Origin: Patescibacteria group bacterium
GTDB taxonomy: Bacteria > Patescibacteriota > Saccharimonadia > CAILAD01 > JADZBC01
DNA length: 64,000 bases
Direction: 5' to 3'
Assembly: GCA_052034495.1 (NCBI GenBank)
Contig: JBPOIL010000001.1
Span: 14-64,013, forward strand
Shown: piece after piece, positions 46,290-57,505 of the stretch
Layout of the letters: each line of letters begins with the position of its first letter
Numbering within the stretch: the stretch's first letter is position 1
Made by a program: the position numbers and the translations under genes
Notes under the pieces: generated by a model
Seen by the model: the letters and a program-made list of their open reading frames with translations, nothing else
Told to the model about the DNA's origin: nothing
Database searches by the model: none

Positions 46290-47114
46290 ATGTTTGATAC
46301 ACTGATCGTAAATCCGCTCCTGAACCTTCTCATGGCCATCTTCGGCATCCTGCCAGGCCATGACTTTGGTATCGCCGTCATCATCATGACGCTCATTATT
46401 CGCTTTGCCATGTGGCCGCTTACTGCCAAGCAGCTTCGATCACAGAAGAAGATGCAGGCACTTCAGCCAGAGATCGCTAAGTTGCGCGTGCAGGCGGCAG
46501 GGGACAAGGCCAAGGAAAACCAACTCCTTATGGAGCTCTATAAAGAAAAGGAGATTAATCCCTTCTCTTCATGCCTACCGCTCCTCCTGCAGTTTCCATT
46601 CCTGATCGCTCTGTTCTTTGTACTCAAAAAGGCCGCTCTACCGTTTGACCAGATTAGTACTCTCCTTTACGAGCCAGTAAAGAATATACCGTACATCCAG
46701 CAGCTTATTAGTGGCGCGGTTAAATACGACCCAATGCTTCTACGGGTCATCCCAATGGATACGGCCAGCAAAGTACTCGCCGTAATTGCCGGTATTACTC
46801 AGTACATCCAGGTCAAGATGATTACACCTAAGAACATTGACCCGAACGACCAACAGGCCAAGATGACTTCGACCATGAATTACATTTTCCCAGCCATGAC
46901 AGCCTTCATTGCCTGGACGCTACCTGCCGCTCTACCACTCTACTGGATTACCGGTAACGGCGTAGCAATCTTCCAACAGTGGCTTATTATGCGCGAAGAA
47001 ACAGAAAAGATGGAAGAAGCCGTGATCGTAGAAGAATCTCCAAAGAAGACTCTACCAAAGGCCCGCAAGAATCAGACCAAAAAGCCAGCTACAAAGAAGA
47101 AAAGGAAGAAGTAA
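46290..47114 (+). CDS. yidC: Membrane protein insertase YidC/Oxa1
   Basis: FGIAVI..T..IR, ELYKEKEINP..SCLPLLLQFP and LYW motifs. Confidence 0.94.
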   Translation: MFDTLIVNPLLNLLMAIFGILPGHDFGIAVIIMTLIIRFAMWPLTAKQLRSQKKMQALQPEIAKLRVQAAGDKAKENQLLMELYKEKEINPFSSCLPLLLQFPFLIALFFVLKKAALPFDQISTLLYEPVKNIPYIQQLISGAVKYDPMLLRVIPMDTASKVLAVIAGITQYIQVKMITPKNIDPNDQQAKMTSTMNYIFPAMTAFIAWTLPAALPLYWITGNGVAIFQQWLIMREETEKMEEAVIVEESPKKTLPKARKNQTKKPATKKKRKK

Positions 47115-47558
47115 ATGGATAGAGCGGACACGCAAGCTCGACTCGAGGAGCTTCTGCGCAAGCTTGGGTTCGATGCGAGCGTGCAAGCCGAAGAAGCTGA
47201 AGGTAATTTGGTTTTGAGTATCGACTCCCCTCACCACGCACTATTGATTGGCCGAGGAGGGGAGACTCTTCGTTCCCTGCAACAAGTATTTAATGCCATG
47301 CAGCGCAAAGCTGGCGGTGAATTCGCCACACTCGACGTAGCAGGGTATCGCAAAGAACGCGAGGCTAAGCTAGAAAAGATCGCAAACGAAGCAGCCGATA
47401 GAGCCCGCCTAACGCAAGCTAAAGTTCACCTTAAGCCTATGAATGCTTACGAACGCCGCCAAGTACACATGGTGCTTGCAGAGATGCCAGACATTGTAAC
47501 AACCAGCGAGGGAGTAGAGCCGCACCGAGTTATCGTGGTGCAAACGCGGGAAGCTTAG
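47115..47558 (+). CDS. jag: Jag/KhpB RNA-binding protein (KH + R3H)
   Basis: LIGRGGETLRSLQ and PMNAYERRQVH motifs. Confidence 0.9.
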   Translation: MDRADTQARLEELLRKLGFDASVQAEEAEGNLVLSIDSPHHALLIGRGGETLRSLQQVFNAMQRKAGGEFATLDVAGYRKEREAKLEKIANEAADRARLTQAKVHLKPMNAYERRQVHMVLAEMPDIVTTSEGVEPHRVIVVQTREA

Positions 47559-47571
47559 GAGTCATAGTCTG

Positions 47572-48942
47572 ATGAACTCCCCTATAGACACCATCGTAGC
47601 GCTTTCCACCCCGCGTGGCCGTGGTGCGATAGCCATCATGCGATTAAGCGGGCCAGATGCTTTTAGTATTGTGCAGACCTTATGGCACGGTAAGCGGCCG
47701 GTTGAGCATCTTGATCCACATAGGCTCTACGGCGGTTGGATTACTTTAAGTGGACGCAAGCTAGATAGTGGACTCATTACTACGAGCCACACCCCGCGTT
47801 CATACACCGGTGAGGATATGGTGGAACTTCATACTCATGGGTCACCAGCTGTTATCGACGAAGTTTTGAACGCCTGCCTGTCTACCGGTGCGCGATTAGC
47901 CGAGCCAGGTGAGTTTACCAAGCGAGCGCTCCTCAATGGCAAGCTAGATGCTGCCCAGGCAGAGGCGGTCGCCGACTTAGTTGAGGCAGAGAGCAGCAAG
48001 CTAGCTCGATTAGCCGCCGACCAATTGGCAGGGGGCCTGTCTCGCAAGATGGCAACCCTCGTTGAGGATATTGTTGGTTTGGCCGCTGCAGAGGCCGCCC
48101 ACCTAGACTTTAGCGAGGAAGACATATCCGAACAGACCCACGAGACACTACTAACTAAGGTGCAGACAGTGGAGGCAGAACTCACAGAGCTCATCAATTA
48201 CTCCCAGAATATTTCAGTGTTGCGCGATGGCGTTAGTGTGGCGCTGGTTGGGCTGCCCAATGCTGGCAAATCCACCCTACTCAACAAGCTTCTTGGCTTT
48301 GAGCGCTCCATTGTTACCGACATTGCCGGCACTACACGCGATACTATAGAGGAGCGTATCATCCTCGGCGACATTCCGTTTAGACTTACCGATACAGCGG
48401 GCTTAAATACCGACCCCGATGAAGTTGAGGCTATTGGCATAGAGCGCACGCACCGCACGGTTAACTCGGCCGATGTGGTGCTTGTGTTGGTCGCACCGTC
48501 GGCACTCGTCGAAACCCAGAATTATCTAGAAGCATCCGGGCTTATGGAGGATCTGAACACCAAGCAAACTATCCTAGTGACTACGAAGTCAGACGAGGCG
48601 CAAGATGTTCCACCCAAGCCCAAATGGGCGAGCCAAGTTATGCAGGTTTCCGCCCAAACTGGCGATGGCATGGAGAGTTTGCAAAAAGCACTCATTGGGT
48701 TAGCTGACGTTCATGACACACCTGGCGATGTTGCTTTAACCACCAAGCGACAACTAGAACTCGCAACTCTCGCCAAAGGGCATATTACCCAAGCGATCAT
48801 CCTTTTGGGCTCAGGAACCCCGCGCGATATTGTACTCGTAGAACTAGAATCAGCCGCCAAGCAGCTCACACGAATTACCGGCGCAGATACCAATGACGCA
48901 ATGATAGCCGACATGTTCAGTCGCTTTTGTATCGGTAAGTAA
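47572..48942 (+). CDS. mnmE: tRNA modification GTPase MnmE
   Basis: SYTGED, GLPNAGKS, AGTTRD, DTAG and FCIGK motifs. Confidence 0.96.
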   Translation: MNSPIDTIVALSTPRGRGAIAIMRLSGPDAFSIVQTLWHGKRPVEHLDPHRLYGGWITLSGRKLDSGLITTSHTPRSYTGEDMVELHTHGSPAVIDEVLNACLSTGARLAEPGEFTKRALLNGKLDAAQAEAVADLVEAESSKLARLAADQLAGGLSRKMATLVEDIVGLAAAEAAHLDFSEEDISEQTHETLLTKVQTVEAELTELINYSQNISVLRDGVSVALVGLPNAGKSTLLNKLLGFERSIVTDIAGTTRDTIEERIILGDIPFRLTDTAGLNTDPDEVEAIGIERTHRTVNSADVVLVLVAPSALVETQNYLEASGLMEDLNTKQTILVTTKSDEAQDVPPKPKWASQVMQVSAQTGDGMESLQKALIGLADVHDTPGDVALTTKRQLELATLAKGHITQAIILLGSGTPRDIVLVELESAAKQLTRITGADTNDAMIADMFSRFCIGK

Positions 48943-48944
48943 TA

Positions 48945-50156
48945 TTACTTCTTCTTAGGTTTGGCTGCGGTTGAAGACTTAAGTTTGTGATGCTGCCTAT
49001 GTAGTCGCATGTATAGAATCGTACCAATCAGCATTGCCAAGCCTAGGCCAATTAGGATGGCTAAGAGGGTATTGTATGACTTTTTTTCAAGCACTACAGC
49101 ACTCTTTGGTGCAGTTTTCTTGGTGGTGTCCTTGGTGTAAAGACTCGCTTCAGGGGAGTTCTTACTCTCTTTATTGTCACGCACTGCTCTCACGAAGTAG
49201 CTATAGCCCTTGTCGTACTTTGTTGATCCGTCTATATACTCGTTGGTATCGGCGTTTATTTCGGCAAGCTTTTCGAATACACCCTTAGAGCCTACTTTGC
49301 GGTACAGGTGGTACTTGGAAACACCAGTAGTCGAGGACTTCTTCCACACGACTTTTATATGGGATTTATTCGAGATTTGAGTAAGGAGTAGGGTTTCGGG
49401 GGATGATATCGTGGAGTCTTCGGCAAACGGTTGCGGGCTCGAAGTGGTGGACGCAGTGTTACTTGCGGGCACTGTAGCTGTGGGCTCGCTCGGGCCTCCG
49501 TCAGGAGAAGTTACCACTTCGCTCGGGACGGTATAGTTAATCACGAGCTTTGGGCGAGAGCTTGCGGTAGCTTCGCTCATATAGAATACACGCGTCCAAT
49601 ACCCACCACCAGTAATCTGGTTTAGCAGCAGACCGTCATTGGGCATGGTTCCGTCTAGCCAGTAGCCGACAAGGCTTGTTGCACCAAAGTCTACATACGA
49701 GCCTGGTGTACACAGCACGTCCTGAGAGTACAAAATCTCTAATGAGCTACCACTTGTACTAAGCTGTTGGTATGTCGAACTTTCGGTCCAGGCAGGGGAG
49801 CCATTAGCTAAATACGCGCCTATACTAACCCTCCCGGCGTACGCGGAGCTATTTATGCACCCGCCTAATCTCATCGTTAGCTTGGCACTCTCCACGGTGG
49901 ACCCCGCAGGAATACTAGATAGGTCGAAGTACATTAGAACCTTCTGGCTAGACCCATCCCCGGGTCCCGACGCGACAGTTCCTAGGCCAATATTCCCATA
50001 GGAGCCATTGGGCGCGTCCGAGTTAACGTATGTGTCGCGGGTTGGTTCTAGAGTGACTGATTCAGCCTTTGCAGCAGGAGCTAGTAATAGGGTGGCGGCA
50101 GAGAGGGCAACAAAAATCCCTACCCCAAAGTATTTCTTTACGCCCACAAACTTCAT
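48945..50156 (-). CDS. Surface protein with DNRLRE-like domain, FN3-like domain and C-terminal TM
   Basis: DTYV...FDLSSIP...SAKL...RPKLVINY; W...YHLYR...Y.D...Y.VRAV; signal peptide. Confidence 0.7.
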   Translation of the reverse strand: MKFVGVKKYFGVGIFVALSAATLLLAPAAKAESVTLEPTRDTYVNSDAPNGSYGNIGLGTVASGPGDGSSQKVLMYFDLSSIPAGSTVESAKLTMRLGGCINSSAYAGRVSIGAYLANGSPAWTESSTYQQLSTSGSSLEILYSQDVLCTPGSYVDFGATSLVGYWLDGTMPNDGLLLNQITGGGYWTRVFYMSEATASSRPKLVINYTVPSEVVTSPDGGPSEPTATVPASNTASTTSSPQPFAEDSTISSPETLLLTQISNKSHIKVVWKKSSTTGVSKYHLYRKVGSKGVFEKLAEINADTNEYIDGSTKYDKGYSYFVRAVRDNKESKNSPEASLYTKDTTKKTAPKSAVVLEKKSYNTLLAILIGLGLAMLIGTILYMRLHRQHHKLKSSTAAKPKKK

Positions 50157-50249
50157 GAATGTAGCGTAACGCTTAAGCTAGAAGTTGTAAAGCAAGTTAG
50201 TACACTACTCCCTACGCATACCAAGGGGGAACCTGATGACAGGCGTTTT

Positions 50250-52058
50250 CTATTGAGAATCTGGCTTGGGAAACTTCAAGGCTGATTGGTAGTAGGTGTT
50301 GAAGGTGTCAGTCTTCGTAACCTGTCCGTTCACTTTGATGTCTCGGTAGAACACCGTCTGTGAAGGCTGGTTTACATCCGAGCTACCGCTTACAAAGTAG
50401 GGTCCGCGGATTACACCTTCCTTCTTTTTGGTTCCGTAAAACCTGAACTTCAGAGTCGTGCCGATCATCTCTGTTTGTATCAAAAGGTGTGCATCGGTAT
50501 CGTTACGGAACTTAAAGTCTACCGGAGGGTAGTAGATAGTAGCATCCACTCCAGGAACACCATACGGCGCAGTGTAGTAACTAATGGCAAAGGCATGGTT
50601 TACTCGCTCTAAGATTGGCAGGCCTGCCGTAAGAGCTGCACGGAATGCAGTTGATGACACTTGGCACAAGCCACCACCATACTGTTCTTCTTGTCGGTCT
50701 CCTAGAATAACCCAGCCAGGAGTATAACCCTCCTCGGGCCCAACATTACCCAGGAGCTTACCGAACGAGAACACTTCGCCAGGCTTTAGGAGTACACCGT
50801 TGTACCGCGCTGCACCAACCCGAACGTTGGTTAGGCGATTAGCCGATGAGCCTGGGAAATAACTTACTCCTTCGCTCAACAACTCTTTGATGCCGAGATT
50901 ATTAATACTTTCTTCGTTAACTGTTGGCTTGGTGGTGTCTACACTCATCGCAATGGTGCGTTGAGCATCAGTTGTGTTAAGCGAGGCAAGTATGGCGTCG
51001 CGTGTCCTTACTACGTTGAGCTTTTTACCATCTCGACTTGCCACGAATACTGTAGCCCGGTTGTCGGTTACGTTCAGTTGTGCGTCTATAGCCGCCTGGT
51101 CGATTTCTTTACTGATCTCAGTTAAGTATGAATCAATGCGGGCAGCGTCAAACTCTAGTTCTTTTGCGGGAGTAGCTGCGCCGTAGTATCCCTCGAGCAG
51201 GTTCTGGGAATACACTTTGGCTTCAGGGCTGGTGGTGGAATGAAGCCAACCAAAAGCCGTAGCCGGATCGACTTGCCAGGTTTTACCCGCGTAGTCAAGT
51301 TGCAGGGGGGAGCTAATGTAGCTTTGGGCTAGGGCCTTGTTAGCCTCGAGTGTTGCACTGTCGACCGACGGCTCCACGCTATCAGTCTGCACAGGGATAA
51401 TCTGCTCATCTAGTCTAGCTAGCGCACTGTGTAGGGCTAGGCCAAGCGCACCGTAATCTAATCGCTTACCAGCAGCCCCGGCAGTAAACCCAACCTGGCC
51501 TTCGGCTACCTGGTAGCTAGCGTTCACACTCGGTGTGGCAAGCCCGTTGTTGATTGCAATGGTCGTAGTGGCGAGCGCGGCATCATCGTAAGTAAGACTG
51601 GTGTTGTCCTGGCTAGCAATCCCAGCTAGCAAAGCCCATTGGCTTATCACTTGCTCTGCTATGTTGCCGTCCCTACCTTGGCGCATTAGTTCTTTACTGA
51701 GGGTTTCGTTGTTATAAGTAACACTAATGTCCTTCTGGGGAACGGATACCGTCTTGCCGTTCGCTTCAATCAAGATAGGGTTCTGGCTGTAGGCTAGAGT
51801 CTCTTTGTCGAGCAGCTTAGAGGCTTCATTAGGAGTTAGTCCTCCTAGGTATACGCCGTGGCCCCAAACCCCTGGGTAAATGCGGCTTGCGTAGGCAGCT
51901 CGCAAGGCAACTGTAGTAAGTACGAACAGGCCAAGGGCGACCAGCAGGCCATAAGCAATCTTACGACTTGCGCTACGGTTTTTTCGGGTCGGTAAATCGA
52001 AGGTTTCCTCTGGCTTACCTGAAGCCTCGATGTTCGATTTTTTATTCTTAGTCGCCAT
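50250..52058 (-). CDS. VanW family protein with peptidoglycan-binding repeats
   Basis: GGGLCQVSSTAFRA, ERVNH, DATIY and DFKFRN motifs. Confidence 0.9.
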   Translation of the reverse strand: MATKNKKSNIEASGKPEETFDLPTRKNRSASRKIAYGLLVALGLFVLTTVALRAAYASRIYPGVWGHGVYLGGLTPNEASKLLDKETLAYSQNPILIEANGKTVSVPQKDISVTYNNETLSKELMRQGRDGNIAEQVISQWALLAGIASQDNTSLTYDDAALATTTIAINNGLATPSVNASYQVAEGQVGFTAGAAGKRLDYGALGLALHSALARLDEQIIPVQTDSVEPSVDSATLEANKALAQSYISSPLQLDYAGKTWQVDPATAFGWLHSTTSPEAKVYSQNLLEGYYGAATPAKELEFDAARIDSYLTEISKEIDQAAIDAQLNVTDNRATVFVASRDGKKLNVVRTRDAILASLNTTDAQRTIAMSVDTTKPTVNEESINNLGIKELLSEGVSYFPGSSANRLTNVRVGAARYNGVLLKPGEVFSFGKLLGNVGPEEGYTPGWVILGDRQEEQYGGGLCQVSSTAFRAALTAGLPILERVNHAFAISYYTAPYGVPGVDATIYYPPVDFKFRNDTDAHLLIQTEMIGTTLKFRFYGTKKKEGVIRGPYFVSGSSDVNQPSQTVFYRDIKVNGQVTKTDTFNTYYQSALKFPKPDSQ

Positions 52059-52141
52059 TGCTACCAATTATATACTGTTAGCAACTTTTTCGTCAGACTT
52101 TCGTAGTGCATAAGGTGGAAACACTTATTTCAAGCTGTTAA

Positions 52142-53148
<1,007 letters not shown>

Positions 53149-53149
<1 letters not shown>

Positions 53150-53724
53150 TGGCCAATTTAGCAACCACAGAGTTTAAAGGCAGAAACACAAAGATCCCAG
53201 GTTTACTATTCTTCGACGTGTCATATGTCGGTGACGAAAGGGGCTACTTCCAGGAAAAGTACCAGAAAGCAAAGCTAGTTGATGCCGGCATGCCAGGGGA
53301 GTTTAATGTTGTTCAAAATAGCCTCTCGTTTAATAAGCAAAAGGGAGTAACACGTGGCCTGCACGCAGAGCCGTGGGACAAGTACATCTCCGTAGTCGAG
53401 GGCAGTGTTTTTGCCGCCTATGTTGACCTCCGGGAGGGAGAAAACTTTGGAGTTGTTGAGACGATTACCATTACCCCAAACGTTACGGTCTTTTTACCAC
53501 AAGGAGTCGCAAACTCTTTCCAGACCCTCGAAGACAATACATTCTATCTCTACAGCGTTAATAAGCACTGGAGCGCGGACGATTATGAAAAGTACGCTTT
53601 TGTGAACTTGGCCGACCCGCAGGTTGCGATCAAGTGGCCCGTACCTCTGGCCGATGCCGTGATGTCAGATAGAGACAAGGAGCACCCATTACTAAAAGAC
53701 ATTAAACCAATGGTTGTTTCCTAA
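53149..53724 (+). CDS. rfbC: dTDP-4-dehydrorhamnose 3,5-epimerase
   Basis: DERGYF and RGLHAEPWDK motifs. Confidence 0.92.
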
Positions 53725-54575
53725 TGAACGAACATAAGATCCTCATTACTGGCGCTAATGGGCAGCTTGGTAAAGAACTGCAAAGGCAGTACCCCAAGGC
53801 ACAAGCAGTAGGTAGTGCAGAGCTTGATATCTCAAGCCCCGAAGCCGTTAAGTCCTTTAACTGGTCTACTGTAGACATCATTATTAATGCAGCAGCATAT
53901 ACAAACGTAGATGGGGCTGAAGGTACCGAGGGTAGAAAAGCTGCCTGGGCGGTAAACGCGACCGGCGTGGCCAATTTAGCAATGGTTGCTTCTGAGCATG
54001 GTCTGACATTAGTACATATTTCCAGCGAATATGTATTCGATGGGACTTCTAAAAAGCATGACGAGGAAGAAACACTAAGCCCACTATCTGTATATGGAAG
54101 CAGTAAGGCTGCTGGGGATATTGCTGCTTCGACAACTAACAAGCATTATATTATACGCACTAGCTGGGTCATCGGTGAGGGCAAGAACTTTGTCCGTACC
54201 ATGCTTGGCCTAGGGCAGAAGGGCATCGCTCCTACTGTGGTCTCAGACCAGATTGGGCGCCTTACGTTTACCACGGAGCTTGTGCGGACCATAGACCACT
54301 TACTCCAGAACAGAGCCGATTACGGAGTGTATAACCTCAGTAATGGCGGAGAGCCCGCCAGCTGGGCCGACATTACACGCGCCATATTCAAATGCGCCGG
54401 CTATGATTTAGTAGTCGGAGAGACAACTACCGAGGAATACTTTGCTGGCAAAGAAGGCATCGCCCCCCGGCCGCTACAGAGCACCCTCGACCTCTCTAAG
54501 GTTATAGCTACCGGGTTCGAGCCGAAAGATTGGCGCGATGACCTAGTTAATTACGTTAAAAAGGAGCAGGCATGA
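53724..54575 (+). CDS. rfbD: dTDP-4-dehydrorhamnose reductase
   Basis: GANGQLG, AAYTNVD, YVFDG and YGSSK motifs. Confidence 0.93.
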   Translation: MNEHKILITGANGQLGKELQRQYPKAQAVGSAELDISSPEAVKSFNWSTVDIIINAAAYTNVDGAEGTEGRKAAWAVNATGVANLAMVASEHGLTLVHISSEYVFDGTSKKHDEEETLSPLSVYGSSKAAGDIAASTTNKHYIIRTSWVIGEGKNFVRTMLGLGQKGIAPTVVSDQIGRLTFTTELVRTIDHLLQNRADYGVYNLSNGGEPASWADITRAIFKCAGYDLVVGETTTEEYFAGKEGIAPRPLQSTLDLSKVIATGFEPKDWRDDLVNYVKKEQA

Positions 54576-55429
54576 AAGGAATAATTCTAGCAGGCGGTTC
54601 GGGAACAAGACTCTACCCGGTCACCAGGGGTGTATCCAAGCAGCTGATCCCTATTTACGATAAGCCGATGATCTACTATCCGCTTTCAACGCTCATGAGC
54701 GCAGGGATTCGAGAGATTTTAATAATCTCAACGCCCCAAGACCTACCAAGGTTCGAGCAGCTGTTGGGCAGCGGGGCTGAAATCGGCTGCGACTTTACCT
54801 ATAAGGTGCAGGACGAGCCCCGAGGCCTAGCCGATGCTTACAGAGTAGGGGCTGAGTTCATCGGGGACGACAAGGTTGCCATGGTGCTGGGGGACAACAT
54901 CTTCTATGGCTCCGGCCTGGCTGAAAAGCTCCAGTCGTTTACCGATATCGACGGAGCAGTTGGTTTTGCTGCACCAGTCCATGACCCGGAGCGTTACGGC
55001 GTCTACGAATTCGATGAGCAGATGAACGTGCTCTCGATTGAAGAAAAGCCAGAGAAGCCAAAGTCCAACTATGCTAACGCAGGCCTGTACTTTTGCGACA
55101 ACGAAGTAGTAGAGATTGCTAAAAACGTAGAGCCAAGTGAGAGGGGCGAGATCGAGATTACCTCCGTGCTAGATGCCTACCTTAAGAAGGGTAAGCTAAA
55201 GGTTTGTTTATTTGACCCAGGGACTGCATGGCTAGACACTGGTACGTTCGCAAGTCTCAATCAGGCATCCCAATTTGTTCAAGTTATTGAGGAACGACAA
55301 GGTATCAAGATTGGTTGTATTGAGGAAATTGCTTGGCGGAATGGCTGGATTAATGACGAACAGCTAAGCAACCTCGCTACCCCATTGAAAAAGAGTGGAT
55401 ATGGTAAATATTTAGAAGGGCTTCTGTAG
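54572..55429 (+). CDS. rfbA: Glucose-1-phosphate thymidylyltransferase
   Basis: [23 protein letters not shown] and WLDTGT motifs. Confidence 0.97.
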   Translation: MKGIILAGGSGTRLYPVTRGVSKQLIPIYDKPMIYYPLSTLMSAGIREILIISTPQDLPRFEQLLGSGAEIGCDFTYKVQDEPRGLADAYRVGAEFIGDDKVAMVLGDNIFYGSGLAEKLQSFTDIDGAVGFAAPVHDPERYGVYEFDEQMNVLSIEEKPEKPKSNYANAGLYFCDNEVVEIAKNVEPSERGEIEITSVLDAYLKKGKLKVCLFDPGTAWLDTGTFASLNQASQFVQVIEERQGIKIGCIEEIAWRNGWINDEQLSNLATPLKKSGYGKYLEGLL

Positions 55430-55435
55430 CAAGGC

Positions 55436-56209
55436 ATGAAGATAATTGTCGCCATACCTTGTTTCAACTGTGAGAAACAAATACCTAGAGTTATAAAGGG
55501 TTTCAACAAAAAACTGCTTTCTGAGTTAGACGAGGTAATGGTTATTAATAACCGCAGTGAGGACAACACTGTTGAAGCTGCAAAAAAAGCAATTCAACAA
55601 ATAGGCTCACGTAAATTTAGTATTTACACAAATACAGAAAACTACAATCTAGGAGGCACACACAAGGTTGCATTTCTACATGCAGAACAAAAAAATGCAG
55701 ACTATATTATTATTCTTCATGGCGACGACCAGGCAAGTACCCAAGACATTAGCAAGCTAATAAGAGCTGCGAAAAATAGTCCTAATGCCTCGGCAGTCCT
55801 GGGTTCAAGATTCTCAAAGGGGTCAGAGCTCCAGGGGTATTCCATTGAAAGAATTATAGGGAATAAGTGCCTCAATCTAATCTATAGTATTGTAACCCTC
55901 CGTAATACCAGAGACTTGGGATCGGGCTTAAATATTTTCAAAATAGATTCACTGAAGGATCATAGATATTTAGGGTTTGGGGACAACCTTGCTTTTAACT
56001 TCGATTTATTGCTAGATTTCTATAGAAAGAAGTCTATTCTAGTATCTACTCCAATAATCTGGCGAGAAACTGACCAGGTAAGTAATGCAAAAAACCTAAA
56101 AATAGCCAAAATGGCCCTTACTAAGCTAGCAAGGTGGAGGTTTCACAAAGAAAGATTTCTAAAAAAGACGACAAATGACTACACTACTACGAAAGTTTGG
56201 TCAAAGTGA
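55436..56209 (+). CDS. GT2 glycosyltransferase (polyprenol-phosphate type)
   Basis: IPCFN, LHGDDQ and GSRF motifs. Confidence 0.85.
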   Translation: MKIIVAIPCFNCEKQIPRVIKGFNKKLLSELDEVMVINNRSEDNTVEAAKKAIQQIGSRKFSIYTNTENYNLGGTHKVAFLHAEQKNADYIIILHGDDQASTQDISKLIRAAKNSPNASAVLGSRFSKGSELQGYSIERIIGNKCLNLIYSIVTLRNTRDLGSGLNIFKIDSLKDHRYLGFGDNLAFNFDLLLDFYRKKSILVSTPIIWRETDQVSNAKNLKIAKMALTKLARWRFHKERFLKKTTNDYTTTKVWSK

Positions 56210-56940
56210 AAGAACTACAGATACTTATGCCTATGGGAGGATTGGGTCAGCGTTTTCGAGATCAAGGGTACGAGACGCCAAAACCACTCATTCAAGTAGA
56301 AGGTAGGGCCATGTTCCTTAAAGCACTCGAAAGTTTTGAAGATCTTGACGTACCTAAATCATATATATTTGTGATTAGAGCCGATCAAGACCAAGAGTAT
56401 AACTTAGCAAAAAAAATTTCCTCTTTGTTGCCGGAAGCAAAAGTTAACATATTAGATCACAATACACAGGGAGCAGTAGAAACATGCCTGATAGCAGAGA
56501 AAGACATTAAGCCTGATTGCCCAATTATTATTATGGATTGCGATTTTCGCTTTTCATCTAAAGAATATAACAGCAAGGTAGTATCTGCCATCAATCATGG
56601 CGAACCGGACGGAATATTATTGTGTTTCCCTTCTGATAATCCAAGGTATAGTTATGCAAAGTTAAAAAATCAGAATGTCGTAGAAACCGCTGAAAAAAAA
56701 GTCATATCCAGCAACGCTATAGCAGGTGCTTATTATTTCAACAAAGCATCATCCTTCTTGGATTCCGCTCACAAACTACTAAAGATACCAATTTCTGAAA
56801 ACATGAAAGAATATTATTTGTCTTTAATATATAATATTCTAATAAAACAAGATAAATCTATAACAATTGCAAGGATTGACGATTTTAATTCGTTTGGAAC
56901 GCCAGAAGAGTTAAAATCGTTTCTATCTACTGATGAGTAA
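56206..56940 (+). CDS. Sugar-phosphate nucleotidyltransferase-like protein
   Basis: MPMGGLGQRF..GY..PKPLI, DCD, EKK and GTPEEL motifs. Confidence 0.8.
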   Translation: MKELQILMPMGGLGQRFRDQGYETPKPLIQVEGRAMFLKALESFEDLDVPKSYIFVIRADQDQEYNLAKKISSLLPEAKVNILDHNTQGAVETCLIAEKDIKPDCPIIIMDCDFRFSSKEYNSKVVSAINHGEPDGILLCFPSDNPRYSYAKLKNQNVVETAEKKVISSNAIAGAYYFNKASSFLDSAHKLLKIPISENMKEYYLSLIYNILIKQDKSITIARIDDFNSFGTPEELKSFLSTDE

Positions 56941-57505
56941 GAATGGGAGAATTATCAAAGCATTTTTTTTCGATCTTGATGGCACACTTTGTGACACAGA
57001 TGAGGCGAACTATTTAGCCTACAAAAAAGCATTTAAAACTGCAGGTTTCGAGCTAAAGAGAAGTGACTTTGACAGAGTCAATGGCAATAGGGCGGATAAG
57101 TTTATGCCGGTCCTAATACCAGGCATTTCAGAAGAAGAGATTGAAAAAATTAGAGAACAAAAGGCAGTCTTTTATGCCAGACTAATGCATAAGACAAAAC
57201 CCAATAAAGAGCTTATTGATTTTATGAATAAGATGAGGCCGCATCACCAGATGGTCTTAGTCACAACCGCCGCCAAAAAAAATGCCCACGAAGTTTTGAA
57301 GCAAAATAACTTACTTCAAAGTTTTGATAAGATGATTTTTGGCGAATATATAGCAAGGCCAAAGCCAGCACCAGATGTGTATCTACTGGCTCTAAAAGAA
57401 GTAGGCCTGGAAAAAGATGAAGTAGTTGTTTTTGAAGACTCTCAAGTAGGTATAGAGGCGGCAACAAAAGCAGGCCTACAAGTAATTAAGGTAATAATAT
57501 CTTGA
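56933..57505 (+). CDS. HAD family phosphatase
   Basis: DLDGTLCDT, KPAPDVY and FEDS..GIEAA motifs. Confidence 0.9.
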   Translation: MSKNGRIIKAFFFDLDGTLCDTDEANYLAYKKAFKTAGFELKRSDFDRVNGNRADKFMPVLIPGISEEEIEKIREQKAVFYARLMHKTKPNKELIDFMNKMRPHHQMVLVTTAAKKNAHEVLKQNNLLQSFDKMIFGEYIARPKPAPDVYLLALKEVGLEKDEVVVFEDSQVGIEAATKAGLQVIKVIIS